Assembly (NCBI GenBank): GCA_963790305.1 | Contig: CAWBOC010000007.1 | Coordinates: forward strand, 64,001-128,000 | Length of the DNA stretch: 64,000 nt | Reading direction: 5' to 3' | Source of the DNA: an uncultured Gemmatimonadaceae bacterium | Lineage (GTDB): Bacteria; Gemmatimonadota; Gemmatimonadetes; Gemmatimonadales; Gemmatimonadaceae | In this document: one piece after another, positions 1-12,023 of the stretch | Layout of the letters: every line of letters begins with the position of its first letter | How positions within the stretch are numbered: the stretch's first letter is position 1 | The notes under the pieces: model-generated | Seen by the model: only the letters and a program-made list of their open reading frames with translations | The model's database searches: none | What the model was told of the DNA's origin: nothing | Position numbers and translations under genes: made by a program

Positions 1-174
1 TGCGCAGACGACATATGCCACCGGTGCGGCCGCACCCAGACCCTGTGCGACTTCCGAGGGAAGTCCGAATATCCCCCCTCCGACGATGACGTTGAACGTC
101 GTGGCAGCAAGCGCGCGGACGCCGAGTGCTCGAACGAGTTGGCGCTCGGCGGCGTGCATGGAGGGGGCGGTCAT
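1..174 (-). CDS. APC-family amino acid permease, 5' part (runs off the window start)
   Basis: Manual translation from ATG 174: MTAPSMHAAERQLVRALGVRALAATTFNVIVGGGIFGLPSEVAQGLGAAAPVAYVVCA. LxRxLG and IVGGGIF are typical of APC TM1. Confidence 0.8.
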   Translation of the reverse strand, partial: MTAPSMHAAERQLVRALGVRALAATTFNVIVGGGIFGLPSEVAQGLGAAAPVAYVVCA

Positions 175-249
175 GGCGGGAATCTGCGGCCGACGGGGAT
201 CGTTGTCAGGTGGTGGCCCGGGGAGGAGGTCTCCAGGAACACCCGAAAC

Positions 250-265
250 GGGCATGCGCCGTGCA
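250..265 (+). promoter_or_regulatory. Candidate sigma54 -24/-12 promoter
   Basis: GGGCATGCGCCGTGCA (GG-N10-GC), about 75 nt upstream of the ORF at 341. Confidence 0.3.
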
Positions 266-340
266 CGTCCAGGCGCGCGCAGACGCGAGGGCAAACTTTC
301 GCCCTGTCGTTCGAGACTGTTTCCTCCAACCCCAAGAATC

Positions 341-670
341 GTGAACGTCCGACACCTGCTGACCGCCGCGGTCGTGCTGACCACTGTCGCCGCGGCACCA
401 TCGGCTCGCGCTCAAGCCGGCGACGCGCGGCCCCGCACTGGCCCCACGGTCCTTGCCGCAAGCGCCGCCGTGCGTCCTGACCTGCAAATCGGCGCAAGCG
501 TCCCTCGTGCCCTGGACCTTCGCCAGCAGCTCCGGCGGAGTGAGACGCTCATGATCGTCGGGGGCGCGATCTTCCTCGCTGGCGCGATCATCGGGGACGA
601 TGCCGGGACGATCATCATGATCGGCGGCGCCGGCATCGGCATTTACGGGCTGTATTTGTACTTGCAGTAG
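341..670 (+). CDS. Small exported/membrane hypothetical protein
   Basis: GTG start; signal peptide ending ARA-Q; C-terminal Gly-rich hydrophobic hairpin (IVGGAIFLAGAIIG...GAGIGIYGLYLY). Confidence 0.7.
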   Translation: MNVRHLLTAAVVLTTVAAAPSARAQAGDARPRTGPTVLAASAAVRPDLQIGASVPRALDLRQQLRRSETLMIVGGAIFLAGAIIGDDAGTIIMIGGAGIGIYGLYLYLQ

Positions 671-768
671 AGGCGCTAGAGGCGCTAAAGGCGCTAGAGG
701 CGCTAGAGGCGCTAGAGGCGCTAGAGGGCGGGGCTAGCGCCTCTAGCGCCTTTAGCGCCTCTAGCGCC
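668..768. repeat. 9-bp tandem repeat (TAGAGGCGC x6) followed by an inverted array of the same unit
   Basis: 672-706 is the exact reverse complement of 734-768, including the variant unit TAAAGGCGC/GCGCCTTTA. Confidence 0.95.
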
Positions 769-821
769 ATGAAACTTCACCCTCCCCTACTCGTGTACGA
801 GAAGGGAGACAGGAGCCTCAA

Positions 822-1925
822 ATCAAACGCATAGCACTCGTCCTCGGCGGCGGCGGCCTCAAGGGGTTCGCCCATATCGGCGTCATTCGGGCCCTGCAGG
901 AGCGCGGCATTGAACCCGTGCTCTTCGCGGGGACGAGCATCGGCGCGCTGATCGCGGCCGCCCACGCCGGGGGGATGAGTGTGCTCGAGATGTCGGAGCG
1001 CGCGCGGACGCTGCGCCGCCGCGACCTGTTTCGGATCAATCATCTCGGGATGCTCATGGAGCGCATGCGGTCGCCGTCGCTGTACCTCGAAGAACCGTTG
1101 CGCGCACTGTGCGATGCGATCTGTCCGCGCGGGACGTTCGAGGAGCTCGGCACACCGCTGCTGGTCAACACCGTCGACATCGAGCGCGGTACGCAGGTGA
1201 TGTGGGGATTGCCGGGACTCCGGCACGTCTCGATCGCCGACGCGGTGTATGCGTCGTGCGCATTGCCCGGATTCTTTCCGCCGGGTCGAGTCGATGGACG
1301 CACGTGCGTCGACGGGGGAACGATCGACAACATGCCCGTCGCGATCGCGGCCGTGGACATGGATGCGGTGATCGCCGTCGACGTCGGCAACTCCGACCTG
1401 TCCTCCTCGACGGATGTCAGCACGCAAGGATTCGCCGCGATCTACATGCGGGCCGCGAGCGTGATGATGCACGCGTTGCAGGAGGAGCCGCTGGCCCAGT
1501 GGCAGGGCCCGCCGATGCTGCTGATTCGCCCGCGCGTATCGCACCACGGGTGGTTCTCGTTCTCGAACGCCGCATCGCTCATCCAGACGGGATACGAGGC
1601 GGCGAATGGTGCGCTCGACCACGCCGAGCATACGCTGCAATCGGCGGGCGGCGTCCACCCACGGCGACGGATCAGGCTGAGCGTGGATCGCGACCGATGT
1701 ATCGGGTGTCGCACGTGCGTGGGCCTTGCTCCGTCGCTGATGGCGATGGACGGACACGGCAAGGCGATCGCGCGCGAACGGATTCTGGAGTGGTCGCCGG
1801 CGGATGGAGAGTTCGTCCGGCACTGTCCCACGTCGGCGATCATCGCCGAGCCGGTCGGGAGCGAGGATGAGCAGGAACGTCCCCGGCGGGCGGCGTCGCC
1901 GGGCGAGTCGTTGGCGGCCGACTAA
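822..1925 (+). CDS. Patatin-like phospholipase fused to a C-terminal ferredoxin-like domain
   Basis: KRIALVLGGGGLKGFAHIG upstream of the ORF-track start; GTSIG nucleophile elbow; DGG motif; C-terminal CIGCRTC...CP. Start placed at ATC 822, 6 nt after AGGAG, because there is no ATG/GTG/TTG between the in-frame stop at 762-764 and 918. Confidence 0.85.
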   Translation: MKRIALVLGGGGLKGFAHIGVIRALQERGIEPVLFAGTSIGALIAAAHAGGMSVLEMSERARTLRRRDLFRINHLGMLMERMRSPSLYLEEPLRALCDAICPRGTFEELGTPLLVNTVDIERGTQVMWGLPGLRHVSIADAVYASCALPGFFPPGRVDGRTCVDGGTIDNMPVAIAAVDMDAVIAVDVGNSDLSSSTDVSTQGFAAIYMRAASVMMHALQEEPLAQWQGPPMLLIRPRVSHHGWFSFSNAASLIQTGYEAANGALDHAEHTLQSAGGVHPRRRIRLSVDRDRCIGCRTCVGLAPSLMAMDGHGKAIARERILEWSPADGEFVRHCPTSAIIAEPVGSEDEQERPRRAASPGESLAAD

Positions 1926-2323
1926 CCGTCGCGCTCGCGCTCCATGAGCGAGCGCACCGCTTCGAGAACGGCTTTTGGGTCCGCCGGCTTCGCGAGGTAC
2001 GCGTCGGCCCCCGCCTCCCGGATCTGCCGAACCTCGTCGGAAAGCGCGTGGGCGCTCAGTGCGAGAATCCTGATCCCGCGCAGCGTCCCATCGCCCCGGA
2101 CGGCGCGCAACACCTGGATGCCGTCCATCCGCGGCATCTGGATGTCCAGCACGACCGCATCCGGGTGCGAGACTTTCATCGACGCGAGCGTTTGCTCACC
2201 GTCGTGCGCCTCCAGAACGTCATAACCCATCGCCTCGAAGTAGTGGCGAAGGATGACGCGGGTGTCCTCGTGGTCGTCGGCGACGAGGATCGTCTGCTTA
2301 CGCTCGGTGATGTCGGGGGGCAT
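1922..2323 (-). CDS. Single-domain response regulator (receiver)
   Basis: ILVADD, LDIQMPRMDG (phospho-Asp), ALSAHA, KP motifs. Confidence 0.9.
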   Translation of the reverse strand: MPPDITERKQTILVADDHEDTRVILRHYFEAMGYDVLEAHDGEQTLASMKVSHPDAVVLDIQMPRMDGIQVLRAVRGDGTLRGIRILALSAHALSDEVRQIREAGADAYLAKPADPKAVLEAVRSLMERERDG

Positions 2324-3365
2324 GGGAGGGGACGCGCGCAACGGGTGTGCCATCCTCCGCGAGCCGCTCGAGCGCCGCCAGAACCAGGCGCTCATATGCA
2401 TCGACCGCCGCGTGGAGCTCGTCGGTCTCGATGTGCTCATCATCACGGTGCGCGACGTTGATCGAGCCCGGTCCAAATAGATACGGTGTGCCCCACGCCG
2501 ACAGCACGGGAACGTCCGTGGCGTAGGCCACGACCGACGTGGGAAATCCCGCCATCGGCGAGAGCTTCACTGCGGGGATGCGCAAGACTTCGCGTATCTC
2601 GACACGATCGCGCGCCGCCTCGCGCACACGGGCGAGCACGTCGTCCGCATTCGACACGAGGCGGATCATCACCCGCGCGTGTGCCTCCGGGGCGACGACG
2701 TTGTCCGCGACACCCCCGGCAATCACGCCAACGTTGAGCGTGGTGTCCCCGAGCACCGGATCGGTCGGGAAGCCGAGCGCGCGCACGTCGTGGAGCACGT
2801 CGAGCAGCGTGTCGATCGCGGATCGTCCCAGGTGCGGATAGGCGGAATGGGCGGCGACACCTTCAGCGCGAACCAGCAAGCGAAGCGCGCCTTTGGTCCC
2901 CACGGCGAGCGTGCTCTCCGTCGGCTCTCCATTGATTAGCGCGCGACTCGTCGTCGGCCAGGAATTGGCGGCGTGGGCGCCATCGTGAGTGGTCTCTTCG
3001 CCAACGACGAAGAGGAGCGCCACCGGCACGTCGTTCGCCACGAGTCGCTCGGCGGCGCAAATCATTGCGGCCGCGATCCCCTTCGCATCGCACGCGCCAC
3101 GACCCCAAATACGGTCCCCCTCCAGACGAGGAGGGATAAAGGGCGGAACCGTGTCGAGGTGAGTAGAAAGGGTGACGAGTGGAGCGTCGCTCGCGACGGC
3201 GTAGATGTTGTCGCGACCCTGGCTGACGGGAATGCGATGCACCGTCCACCCGCGCGATTCGAGCGACGTCTGCGCGAAATGAATGACCTCACCCTCGCCA
3301 CCGCTCGTCGACTCGATGCGCATGAGGGCGAGCGTCAGGTCTACCGGATCAAGGGGCGTGTGCAC
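2298..3365 (-). CDS. M20 family metallo-hydrolase (acetylornithine deacetylase/ArgE-like)
   Basis: STHLDTVP, GRGACDAKG, GEE, GEPT, AHS and AH...E motifs. Confidence 0.9.
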   Translation of the reverse strand: MHTPLDPVDLTLALMRIESTSGGEGEVIHFAQTSLESRGWTVHRIPVSQGRDNIYAVASDAPLVTLSTHLDTVPPFIPPRLEGDRIWGRGACDAKGIAAAMICAAERLVANDVPVALLFVVGEETTHDGAHAANSWPTTSRALINGEPTESTLAVGTKGALRLLVRAEGVAAHSAYPHLGRSAIDTLLDVLHDVRALGFPTDPVLGDTTLNVGVIAGGVADNVVAPEAHARVMIRLVSNADDVLARVREAARDRVEIREVLRIPAVKLSPMAGFPTSVVAYATDVPVLSAWGTPYLFGPGSINVAHRDDEHIETDELHAAVDAYERLVLAALERLAEDGTPVARVPSHAPRHHRA

Positions 3366-3458
3366 GGGTGGAGGAAGCGCAGTTCCGCATCGCTCCGCAA
3401 GGGCCGCGATATCGGCCCAGGGGTTTTCTTATGCGCCATCGGTCGCTATTCACGAGGT

Positions 3459-4859
3459 ATGGACGCGCGCCTCATCATCGTCTCCAACCGGCTGCCCGTG
3501 ACCGTCAAGGTCGAGGACGGGCATCCCATCGTGTCCAGAAGCGTGGGCGGGCTCACCACCGGCCTGCAGGCGCCGCACGACCGTTCGGGCGGTCTCTGGA
3601 TCGGGTGGCCAGGAGACATCGAGGGCCTCACCCCTGAGATGCGTGCCGACGTGGACCGTCAGCTCGCGGCGGCGCGCGCGATACCGATCTGCCTCACCGA
3701 CCGGGAAGTGAGACTGTTCTACGAGCAGATCTCGAACGAGGTGCTCTGGCCGATTTGCCACGATCGCATTGACCGGTTGCCGCTTCACGTCGAGGGCTGG
3801 GATGTGTACGAGGCCGTCAACGCGCGTTTCGCTGATGCTGTTGCCGAGCATTACCGGCCGGGCGATGTCGTGTGGGTTCACGACTATCAGCTGCTTCGGG
3901 TGCCCGCCCTGCTGCGCGAGAGAATTCCCGATGCGCGCATCGGATTCTTTCTGCACGTGCCGTTTCCGAATCCGGAAATCTTTTTCACGCTTCCCAACCG
4001 TCATTGGCTCGTCGAGGGCATGATGGGAGCCGATCTGGTGGGGTTTCATACGCGGCGGTACCACGGTCACTTCCGTGCCGCGCTCCGACGGCTCTTCTCC
4101 GTGGAGGCGGACAACGCCGGTATCGTCCGCTGGCATTCCCGTCGAGTGAAGCTCGGAGTCTTTCCCATCAGCATCGACGCAGCGGATTTCGCGAGCCGGG
4201 CCGCGGCGCGCGAGGTCGGCATCAAGACGAAGGAGTATCAGGGCTCCTCGCTACGCCTACTCGTCGGCATCGATCGGCTCGACTACAGCAAGGGCATACC
4301 GCGCCGGCTGATGGCGCTGAAGCGTCTCTTCATCCTGCACCCGGAGTGGCGCGAGCGCGTGCGACTCATTCAGGTCGCGGTGCCCACGCGCGACGGCGTG
4401 GATGCGTACCAGCGTTTTCGACGCGAGGTCAGCTCACTGGTGGGCCAGATCAACGGCGAGTTCGCGACGCCCACCTGGACTCCCATTCAGTACATCCACC
4501 GCAGCATTCCCGGCGACGTCCTGCTCGCCCTCTATCGTGCGGCCGACGTCATGCTGGTGACACCGCTGCGCGACGGGATGAATCTCGTGGCGAAGGAGTT
4601 TCCCGCCGCGCGAATCGATGACGACGGCGTGCTCATCCTGAGCGAGTTCGCCGGAGCCGCCGACGAGCTCACCGACGCGATCCTGGTGAATCCATACGAT
4701 GTGGACGGGACCGCTGAAGCGATCCACCGGGCATTGACGATGGACGTCACCGAGCGACGGCACCGAATGCGCCGTCTGCGCCACGTCGTGCAGGAGTACG
4801 ACGTGCATCGGTGGGCAGCGACGTTCCTCGAGGAGTTGGGCTCGATGGGAACGGACTGA
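3459..4859 (+). CDS. otsA: Trehalose-6-phosphate synthase (GT20)
   Basis: IIVSNRLP, WVHDYQL, FFLHVPFP, IDRLDYSKG, RDGMNLVAKE, LSEFAGAA. Confidence 0.95.
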   Translation: MDARLIIVSNRLPVTVKVEDGHPIVSRSVGGLTTGLQAPHDRSGGLWIGWPGDIEGLTPEMRADVDRQLAAARAIPICLTDREVRLFYEQISNEVLWPICHDRIDRLPLHVEGWDVYEAVNARFADAVAEHYRPGDVVWVHDYQLLRVPALLRERIPDARIGFFLHVPFPNPEIFFTLPNRHWLVEGMMGADLVGFHTRRYHGHFRAALRRLFSVEADNAGIVRWHSRRVKLGVFPISIDAADFASRAAAREVGIKTKEYQGSSLRLLVGIDRLDYSKGIPRRLMALKRLFILHPEWRERVRLIQVAVPTRDGVDAYQRFRREVSSLVGQINGEFATPTWTPIQYIHRSIPGDVLLALYRAADVMLVTPLRDGMNLVAKEFPAARIDDDGVLILSEFAGAADELTDAILVNPYDVDGTAEAIHRALTMDVTERRHRMRRLRHVVQEYDVHRWAATFLEELGSMGTD

Positions 4860-4873
4860 CGAATACGCATTCG

Positions 4874-6685
4874 CTATTGAACTCTCATCCTCCTCACCTG
4901 GATCTCGTGACTCAACCTCGTCGCCGCGATCCAGCGGCCATCGGGGGACACCTGGGGGTGAAGAAGGTGGGCCGTGCTGCTCGACAGGCGCCGCGGTACT
5001 CCACCGGCGGCCGGAATGGCGAAGAGCTGCATGCGATTCCCGCTCAACGCGCTGTAGATCAGCATCTTTCCGTCAGGCGTCCAGTCGACACCGCCATAGG
5101 TACGCATCGGGTAGTCGACGAGCTTGCGCGCCGCCGTTCCGTCGGATCGGATGACCCACAGGGCGTGACGCCCGCCCGGCATCGCTTCCTCGATCGCGAT
5201 CTCCTCGCCGGCCGGGGACCACGCCGCCATCTCGGCGCCAGTCAGGGCCGGCGGTAGAGGTAGTCGAATGCTCGACGTCGCACGTCCCGCCGCGGTGTCG
5301 AGGGCAATCACGAATGGGAACGAGTGCCGAGTCCCCAGCGAGCGGTCGAACGACGTGAAGACGAGCCGAGTGCCGTCGGGCGCCCAGTCGGGCGAGCCGG
5401 CCTCGAGACCGAAATCGGTGAGCCGAACCTCGGCCGTGGATGGCGCGCCCGCCGCTCGGAGGTAGATGTCGTCCGTCGCGCCGGAATCCGAGTAGGATGC
5501 GACCGGCCGGCTCGAGCGATGCGAGTGATACGCGAACCAGCGCCCGTTAGGCGACCATACCGGAGGAAAGTCCTCGTGGTATCCGACAATGAGCGGGCCG
5601 GGCGGTGATGTCGCCAGAATGGCGCTGTCGACCTGCACCGCGCCTCCGTCCCAGTTCAGTGCCCAGTCGGCCGCGCGCCAGTCACCGTAGAAGTATCCGA
5701 TCTGGCGGCCATTGGGATGCCACGTCGGTGCCTGTGCGTCCTCGATCACCGAGTGCGGCTCACCTCCATTGATCGGGACGGAGACTACCGAGAAGGTGAC
5801 CCGCGTCGACGTCCAGTGGAGGTGGCCGCCCACGAGCAGCGGGTTCGCGTCATCCCCGGTCGTGGACGCGATCACCCTGCGAGCGCCGGTCGCGAGATCC
5901 AGCTCGTAGATGTCGAGATCGCGGTCGGCCCGCGGGTCGTGGCGCTCCTCGGGCATGGGCGTCCGCTCGCTGGCGAGCGCGACGTAGGCGCGGCGGCCAT
6001 CGGCGGCGACGGCGATACTGGTGCCAGCGGGTTCGGCGTCCAGCTCGCTCGCGATGAGACGCATTTCCCCGGTTCGCGCATTCATGCGGTGAAGCGAGGC
6101 TAGCCCGGCGCTGTCCGGCATCATCACGAGCAATGCCGAGGCGTCGGGATACCATGCGAACGCCCGGGCCCTCGCCGTCATCGGAACCACCCTCCGACCG
6201 GAGCGCGCAACGAGGTGCAGCATCCATTGCGAGCCCAGCGCCTCCTGGTACGCCACCGACTCGCCGTCCTCCGACCACTGCGGAACGGCGGCTGCCGCGA
6301 CATCGATGCTGCGCAGGGTCCCGGAACGATCGCGCTCGTACCAGCCGGCGGCATCACCGCGCCGGCCGCGCACCGCGATCTCCCCCGAGGGACGAATGAC
6401 GACACCGGTGACTTCGTCGACGCCCGCCCACGCCTCCATCGGCAGGGCCCCGTGCTGCACGTCGATGAGGGCCACCCCTCCCCTGCTCGCGAACACGAGA
6501 CGTCGTCCGTCAGGCGCGACAGACGTCGCGCGCGCGAAATACTCCTCGAACCAGGTGGTCGCGTCGTGCGAGTGAATGACCTGAGAGGTCGCGGGCGCGC
6601 TCGGAATGGGCGTTTGTACGCATCCAGCGACGGCGTACGTCACGACGACCACGCGCGTGAGCGCAGCAAGGCGGGCTTTATGCAC
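4874..6685 (-). CDS. TolB-like/PD40 beta-propeller exported (lipo)protein
   Basis: Repeated P-x-W-S-P-D-G units (PVWSPNGR, PDWAPDGT, PQVSPDGR); hydrophobic N-terminus ending VAGC; start approximate. Confidence 0.8.
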   Translation of the reverse strand: MHKARLAALTRVVVVTYAVAGCVQTPIPSAPATSQVIHSHDATTWFEEYFARATSVAPDGRRLVFASRGGVALIDVQHGALPMEAWAGVDEVTGVVIRPSGEIAVRGRRGDAAGWYERDRSGTLRSIDVAAAAVPQWSEDGESVAYQEALGSQWMLHLVARSGRRVVPMTARARAFAWYPDASALLVMMPDSAGLASLHRMNARTGEMRLIASELDAEPAGTSIAVAADGRRAYVALASERTPMPEERHDPRADRDLDIYELDLATGARRVIASTTGDDANPLLVGGHLHWTSTRVTFSVVSVPINGGEPHSVIEDAQAPTWHPNGRQIGYFYGDWRAADWALNWDGGAVQVDSAILATSPPGPLIVGYHEDFPPVWSPNGRWFAYHSHRSSRPVASYSDSGATDDIYLRAAGAPSTAEVRLTDFGLEAGSPDWAPDGTRLVFTSFDRSLGTRHSFPFVIALDTAAGRATSSIRLPLPPALTGAEMAAWSPAGEEIAIEEAMPGGRHALWVIRSDGTAARKLVDYPMRTYGGVDWTPDGKMLIYSALSGNRMQLFAIPAAGGVPRRLSSSTAHLLHPQVSPDGRWIAATRLSHEIQVRRMRVQ

Positions 6686-6770
6686 GACGCGAGTCTGCTC
6701 GCGTCCCCTCGCAGCGTCAAGAACGGCTCTGCCGCTTCCGGCGTTCATCATCGGCTCTAGATTACGAGAC

Positions 6771-9560
<2,790 letters not shown>

Positions 9561-9615
9561 GGACTGAGGAGTGCGATTGAGTTGCCTCCTCTCACAAGGC
9601 CACGCATAAGTCCCA

Positions 9616-10176
9616 ATGGCCGCAATTTCACAGAAAGCATACGGCGCTACGCTTCGCGAGACCAACCGGGCGGTCATCGCCAGAATTCGGAGCTCCGTCT
9701 CCGGGATCGACGCCGCGGTCATGGTTCGTCGGCCACCAGCTGGAGGGTGGAGCGTCGCGGAAGTGCTCGAGCACCTCATCATCTCGGCCGACTCCTACCT
9801 CGGCGCCATCAAGGCGCTCGTTAAGCAGAACGCCGGCGTGACTGCGAACGGGGACGCTGCGTGGAAAGCGACGCTGGCCGGTGGGTTGCTCGTGTGGAGC
9901 TTCAGGAGCCCGCGCAAGCTGCCCGCGCCCAGGAGCTATAAACCCGGCCCCTCGCCCCGGCCGCGCGTGCTCGAGGAGTTTCTCCAGCGACAAGAGGAGG
10001 TCGGCCGGCTCATTACCGACAGCGCCGCGCTAGACTGGCGTCGGCTGCGAATGCGCTCGCCGGTCGCCCCGATCCTCCGCATGAACCTCGGCGACGCGCT
10101 GACGATTCTCGTCACCCACGCCGAGCGGCACGCCGGGCAGATCGAGCGAGCTCTAGCCGCGGTCAGAGGGCAGTGA
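9616..10176 (+). CDS. DinB-family protein
   Basis: WSVAEVLEHL and C-terminal HAERHAGQI metal triad. Confidence 0.85.
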   Translation: MAAISQKAYGATLRETNRAVIARIRSSVSGIDAAVMVRRPPAGGWSVAEVLEHLIISADSYLGAIKALVKQNAGVTANGDAAWKATLAGGLLVWSFRSPRKLPAPRSYKPGPSPRPRVLEEFLQRQEEVGRLITDSAALDWRRLRMRSPVAPILRMNLGDALTILVTHAERHAGQIERALAAVRGQ

Positions 10177-10217
10177 CGAGCGAGGAAGCGCGGGACGTTG
10201 TATCCCTGCCTCCTTCC

Positions 10218-10958
10218 TCATTTCCCGTTCTTTTTCAGCCTCGCCGCGATAAACCACGTCCGATACATCGCCGTCCCCAGGCTTCCGACGCCGATCACGG
10301 CCACGGCGAGACCCAGGATCGTTCCCGGTCGCCAGCCGGCGCGCGCGCTGAGTGGTGCATCCAGTAACGCCGCGAGCGCGAGGAGCACCAGGCGCTCGGC
10401 CCGCTGCATGATCCCGCCCTTGCAGCTGACGCCTAACGCCTCGCCTTTGGCGCGAGTGTAGCTCACCAGCATCGATCCGCCCAGCGCAAGCACGGTGGAC
10501 AGCGCCATCCAGGGCGTATGCGCAAGGCGGAGGGCCAGCCCAGTGTAAGCGAAGGTCTCGGCGAACCGATCGAGCGTCGAGTCGAGGAACTCGCCGTACT
10601 CGTTGGCGAGGCCGCGGGCGCGGGCGATGCGACCGTCGAAGATGTCCGCTGCCCCGCCGAGCAGCACCAGCCAGCCGGCGACCGCGAAATCACCGGTCGC
10701 GAACGCAATGCCGGCCCCCAGCCCGAGGGCGGCCCCGAGGAAATTGAAAAAGTCCGGAGAAAGGCCGGCCCGGACGAACCCGCGCTCCATGGGCCCGATC
10801 ACCCACATGAGCCAGTCGCGCACCCAATGGCCGAGCAGGATCGTCTTGGGCCGCCGAGCAACCTCCGGGTCGATGGGTCTGCCCCGCGACACGATTGCGT
10901 ACACGGGCATCGTGAGCAGGAGCAGTCCCACGAGCGAAAGCGAAATAGTCTGAGTCAT
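10218..10958 (-). CDS. CDP-alcohol phosphatidyltransferase family protein
   Basis: Signature D-x2-DG-x2-AR-x7-G-x3-D-x3-D (DIFDGRIARARGLANEYGEFLDSTLDR); SYTRAKGE; RAER. Confidence 0.93.
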   Translation of the reverse strand: MTQTISLSLVGLLLLTMPVYAIVSRGRPIDPEVARRPKTILLGHWVRDWLMWVIGPMERGFVRAGLSPDFFNFLGAALGLGAGIAFATGDFAVAGWLVLLGGAADIFDGRIARARGLANEYGEFLDSTLDRFAETFAYTGLALRLAHTPWMALSTVLALGGSMLVSYTRAKGEALGVSCKGGIMQRAERLVLLALAALLDAPLSARAGWRPGTILGLAVAVIGVGSLGTAMYRTWFIAARLKKNGK

Positions 10959-10973
10959 GACATGCTGGAGAAA

Positions 10974-12023
10974 TCAACTCGTTGGGGGGCGATTCTCCCC
11001 CGATCCCTGACTCCTGATTCCTGGCCCCTGCACCTGGGGCCTCGTCCGCACATACTCGATCACCTTCGGCCAGAGAAAGATGAGCGGCCACCGGCGCTCT
11101 CGCTCCGTCAGCACTATGGTGCGGCCGCTGCGGCGCGCGATCTTCTGAACGATGTACTCGAGCCAGCCCTCGTAGAGCGCGACGTACTTGAGCCACCGGG
11201 CCGTCGCGCGCGCCTTGCTCCTGAGAAACCAGAGCCGGCTGGCCACCCGCCGGGAGACGTTCGCAGGCCGAGTCAAGCGGTAGACATTCCCCTCCTTGGC
11301 GGCTATGCTTGACGCGACAAGCCATTGCAGCAGGCTGTCATAGACGGGTAGGACCACATCTCGCTGTGCCGCGATTAACGCGGCGATACGCTCACCACCT
11401 TCCGGGCGAATTTCCGCGGCGAACGAAGTTTCCAGCAGTCGTCGGCAGTACGATTCCGCATTGAAAACCGAAGGGAGATAGGGGCGGCTCCAATCGAAGG
11501 TGCCAACCCGCGCGTCGAGAAGCGCATCCAGGGCTTCCTGTCGCGAACGCGCATCGCGCGTCCAAACGAGTTGGACGTGCTGGAAGAGGCGGCCGCGCGT
11601 AAAGTGGTCGGCCGCGCGCGGGGAGCAGAGGCGGCGGAGGTCGCGCACGGAGATCACGGCGCACTTGGCTCGCAGGGTCCGGTTGGGCTCTCTCAACGTC
11701 AACGAGATGACGTTGGGCGGGAGGACATGGGCGAGCGCAGTCGCCGTCCGAGCCGAGTAGCTCGGACGCACCGTCGAGCTCAGGGACCGATAGGCATCGG
11801 CGTAGCGATCCACGACGACGAAAAAGTCGTGAGCGCTATCGGGCCGGGCATCCGAGCTCTGGGCGTGGGAGCCGTAATGGATGATGGCCGCGGTTGTTGG
11901 GCCAAAGGACTGGGCAAGGAACGTCGCGAGGCGGCCGGTGTCCGCCGAGGGCTGGGTGTCGACGCCGCGAAGCAGGGCGGCGCGACGCACCGGGTCGTCA
12001 GGCGGCCGAAGCGGACGGGCCAC
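10974..12023 (-). CDS. Tam41/Mmp37-like nucleotidyltransferase (resembles the Caulobacter CpgC-type protein)
   Basis: YGS...DFFVVVD nucleotidyltransferase motif, LPPNV, LRAKCAVIS, SFAAEIRPE, YIVQKIARRSG; lipid-gene context; family assignment from memory. Confidence 0.7.
   Translation of the reverse strand: MARPLRPPDDPVRRAALLRGVDTQPSADTGRLATFLAQSFGPTTAAIIHYGSHAQSSDARPDSAHDFFVVVDRYADAYRSLSSTVRPSYSARTATALAHVLPPNVISLTLREPNRTLRAKCAVISVRDLRRLCSPRAADHFTRGRLFQHVQLVWTRDARSRQEALDALLDARVGTFDWSRPYLPSVFNAESYCRRLLETSFAAEIRPEGGERIAALIAAQRDVVLPVYDSLLQWLVASSIAAKEGNVYRLTRPANVSRRVASRLWFLRSKARATARWLKYVALYEGWLEYIVQKIARRSGRTIVLTERERRWPLIFLWPKVIEYVRTRPQVQGPGIRSQGSGENRPPTS

Noticed and set aside
668..768. Short repeat arrays (here and at 14870, 38877, 57217) as CRISPR arrays
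   Set aside because: Units are 7-9 bp, directly tandem, with no unique spacers; no cas genes in the window.
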